64,000 nt of DNA, taken from positions 2,992,457-3,056,456 of the forward strand of contig OZ316894.1 of assembly GCA_973895155.1 (NCBI GenBank), given 5' to 3'. The position numbers were made by a program, and so were the translations under genes. This stretch comes from Marsupella aquatica. Its lineage: Eukaryota > Plantae > Marchantiophyta. Below the pieces are notes generated by a model that was not told the DNA's origin, did no database searches, and saw only the letters and a program-made list of their open reading frames with translations. Shown here one piece after another: positions 63,150 through 64,000 of this stretch; the first letter of the stretch is position 1; each line of letters starts with the position of its first letter.

Positions 63150-64000
63150 GGAATCTGCCAACACTAGACACTGCAAGTGGGGTCCGTGGACCTTTGCTTA
63201 GTCAGACTCCCATTAAAGTGATGGACAATATAAGCTCATCGACCTCTTTCGTGGAAATTAGAGACTCAAATAGTCAACTTCAGATCAGAAGTTTATGGGT
63301 AAGCTAACTACGATAGACATGTAAAGTAAGGTGGCACTTGGCACATAAGTCCCATCCAGCAGGGGTAACAAATTCAAAGAAGTAAACATCGCTAGAGTGG
63401 AGTTGGAAATCAGATCTTGGTCATCTCTCGGTTCGTTCTATTCTTAACTACAAGCATTTCCTCCGTTACTGGGGTCGATTGTGCTTCCCCGATCGTACTT
63501 TACCTCTGTCCCTAGTTTAAAAGAAGACAAGTCTCTCTTTACATTAACTCCGAGAGAAAGGATTGCGTACTGGAATCTTAGACGTGTCTCTAATGATTGT
63601 AACAGTACTTGATTCCTTTCATCAGGTCAATTGTGCTTCCTTGCTTAGCTTCCTTTTGATTATAAATTTTGTGGTCCATGTCGTCCAGTGCTGTGCAAAT
63701 AATAATTTTTTCGTGCGATCAATCATTTGTCTCCCTTGCTCGTGCTCTGGGTATTGAATGTCCTCCCGCAACGACAGTCTTCCCATAGCCCAATTGGTCG
63801 GGATGCACGTGAAACTACATCGACTCGATTGCATACTTTCTGTCAATCTGCTATAGCTCCTTTTTTCCTTGATCCTACCTCCGTTTGGCTCATCTGGACT
63901 TCATCCAGAAATGGACACTCATGCTCTCTCGTCGGGTCATTGACACTATCCCCTGTTTCAGTCGACGCCTTAGGGTCGTCAGTGAGGACGAACAACACTC

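Overview
Eukaryotic land-plant genomic DNA, shown by GT-AG introns, TTTAGGG/telo-box motifs and plant-type proteins. A bryophyte such as a liverwort is plausible but this is inference. Six host genes can be assembled by hand: a His-rich ABA/WDS (ASR-like) gene, a 10-exon ESCRT-III VPS2/CHMP2 gene, a complete 16-exon MLH1, SDHAF4, RPL29 and an AN11/LWD/DCAF7-type WD40 gene. The intergenic space holds TE remnants and tandem repeats, including a solo LTR with a perfect 5-bp TSD. Two things stand out. (1) A ~2.8-kb island (~29.3-32.1 kb) carries an intact, intronless 481-aa HSL-family lipase/esterase that looks ascomycete in origin. It sits between an 88-bp tandem array and the MLH1 3' end, so it is either a recent fungus-to-plant HGT or an assembly chimera. 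(2) A complete 6.05-kb PIF/Harbinger element (21010-27060, TIRs and TSD visible) carries, besides its transposase and ORF1, two extra decayed ORFs: an RPA70-C-like Zn/OB-fold protein and an unknown ORF weakly resembling an alpha-crystallin domain. All homology calls are by-eye motif recognition; no searches were run.
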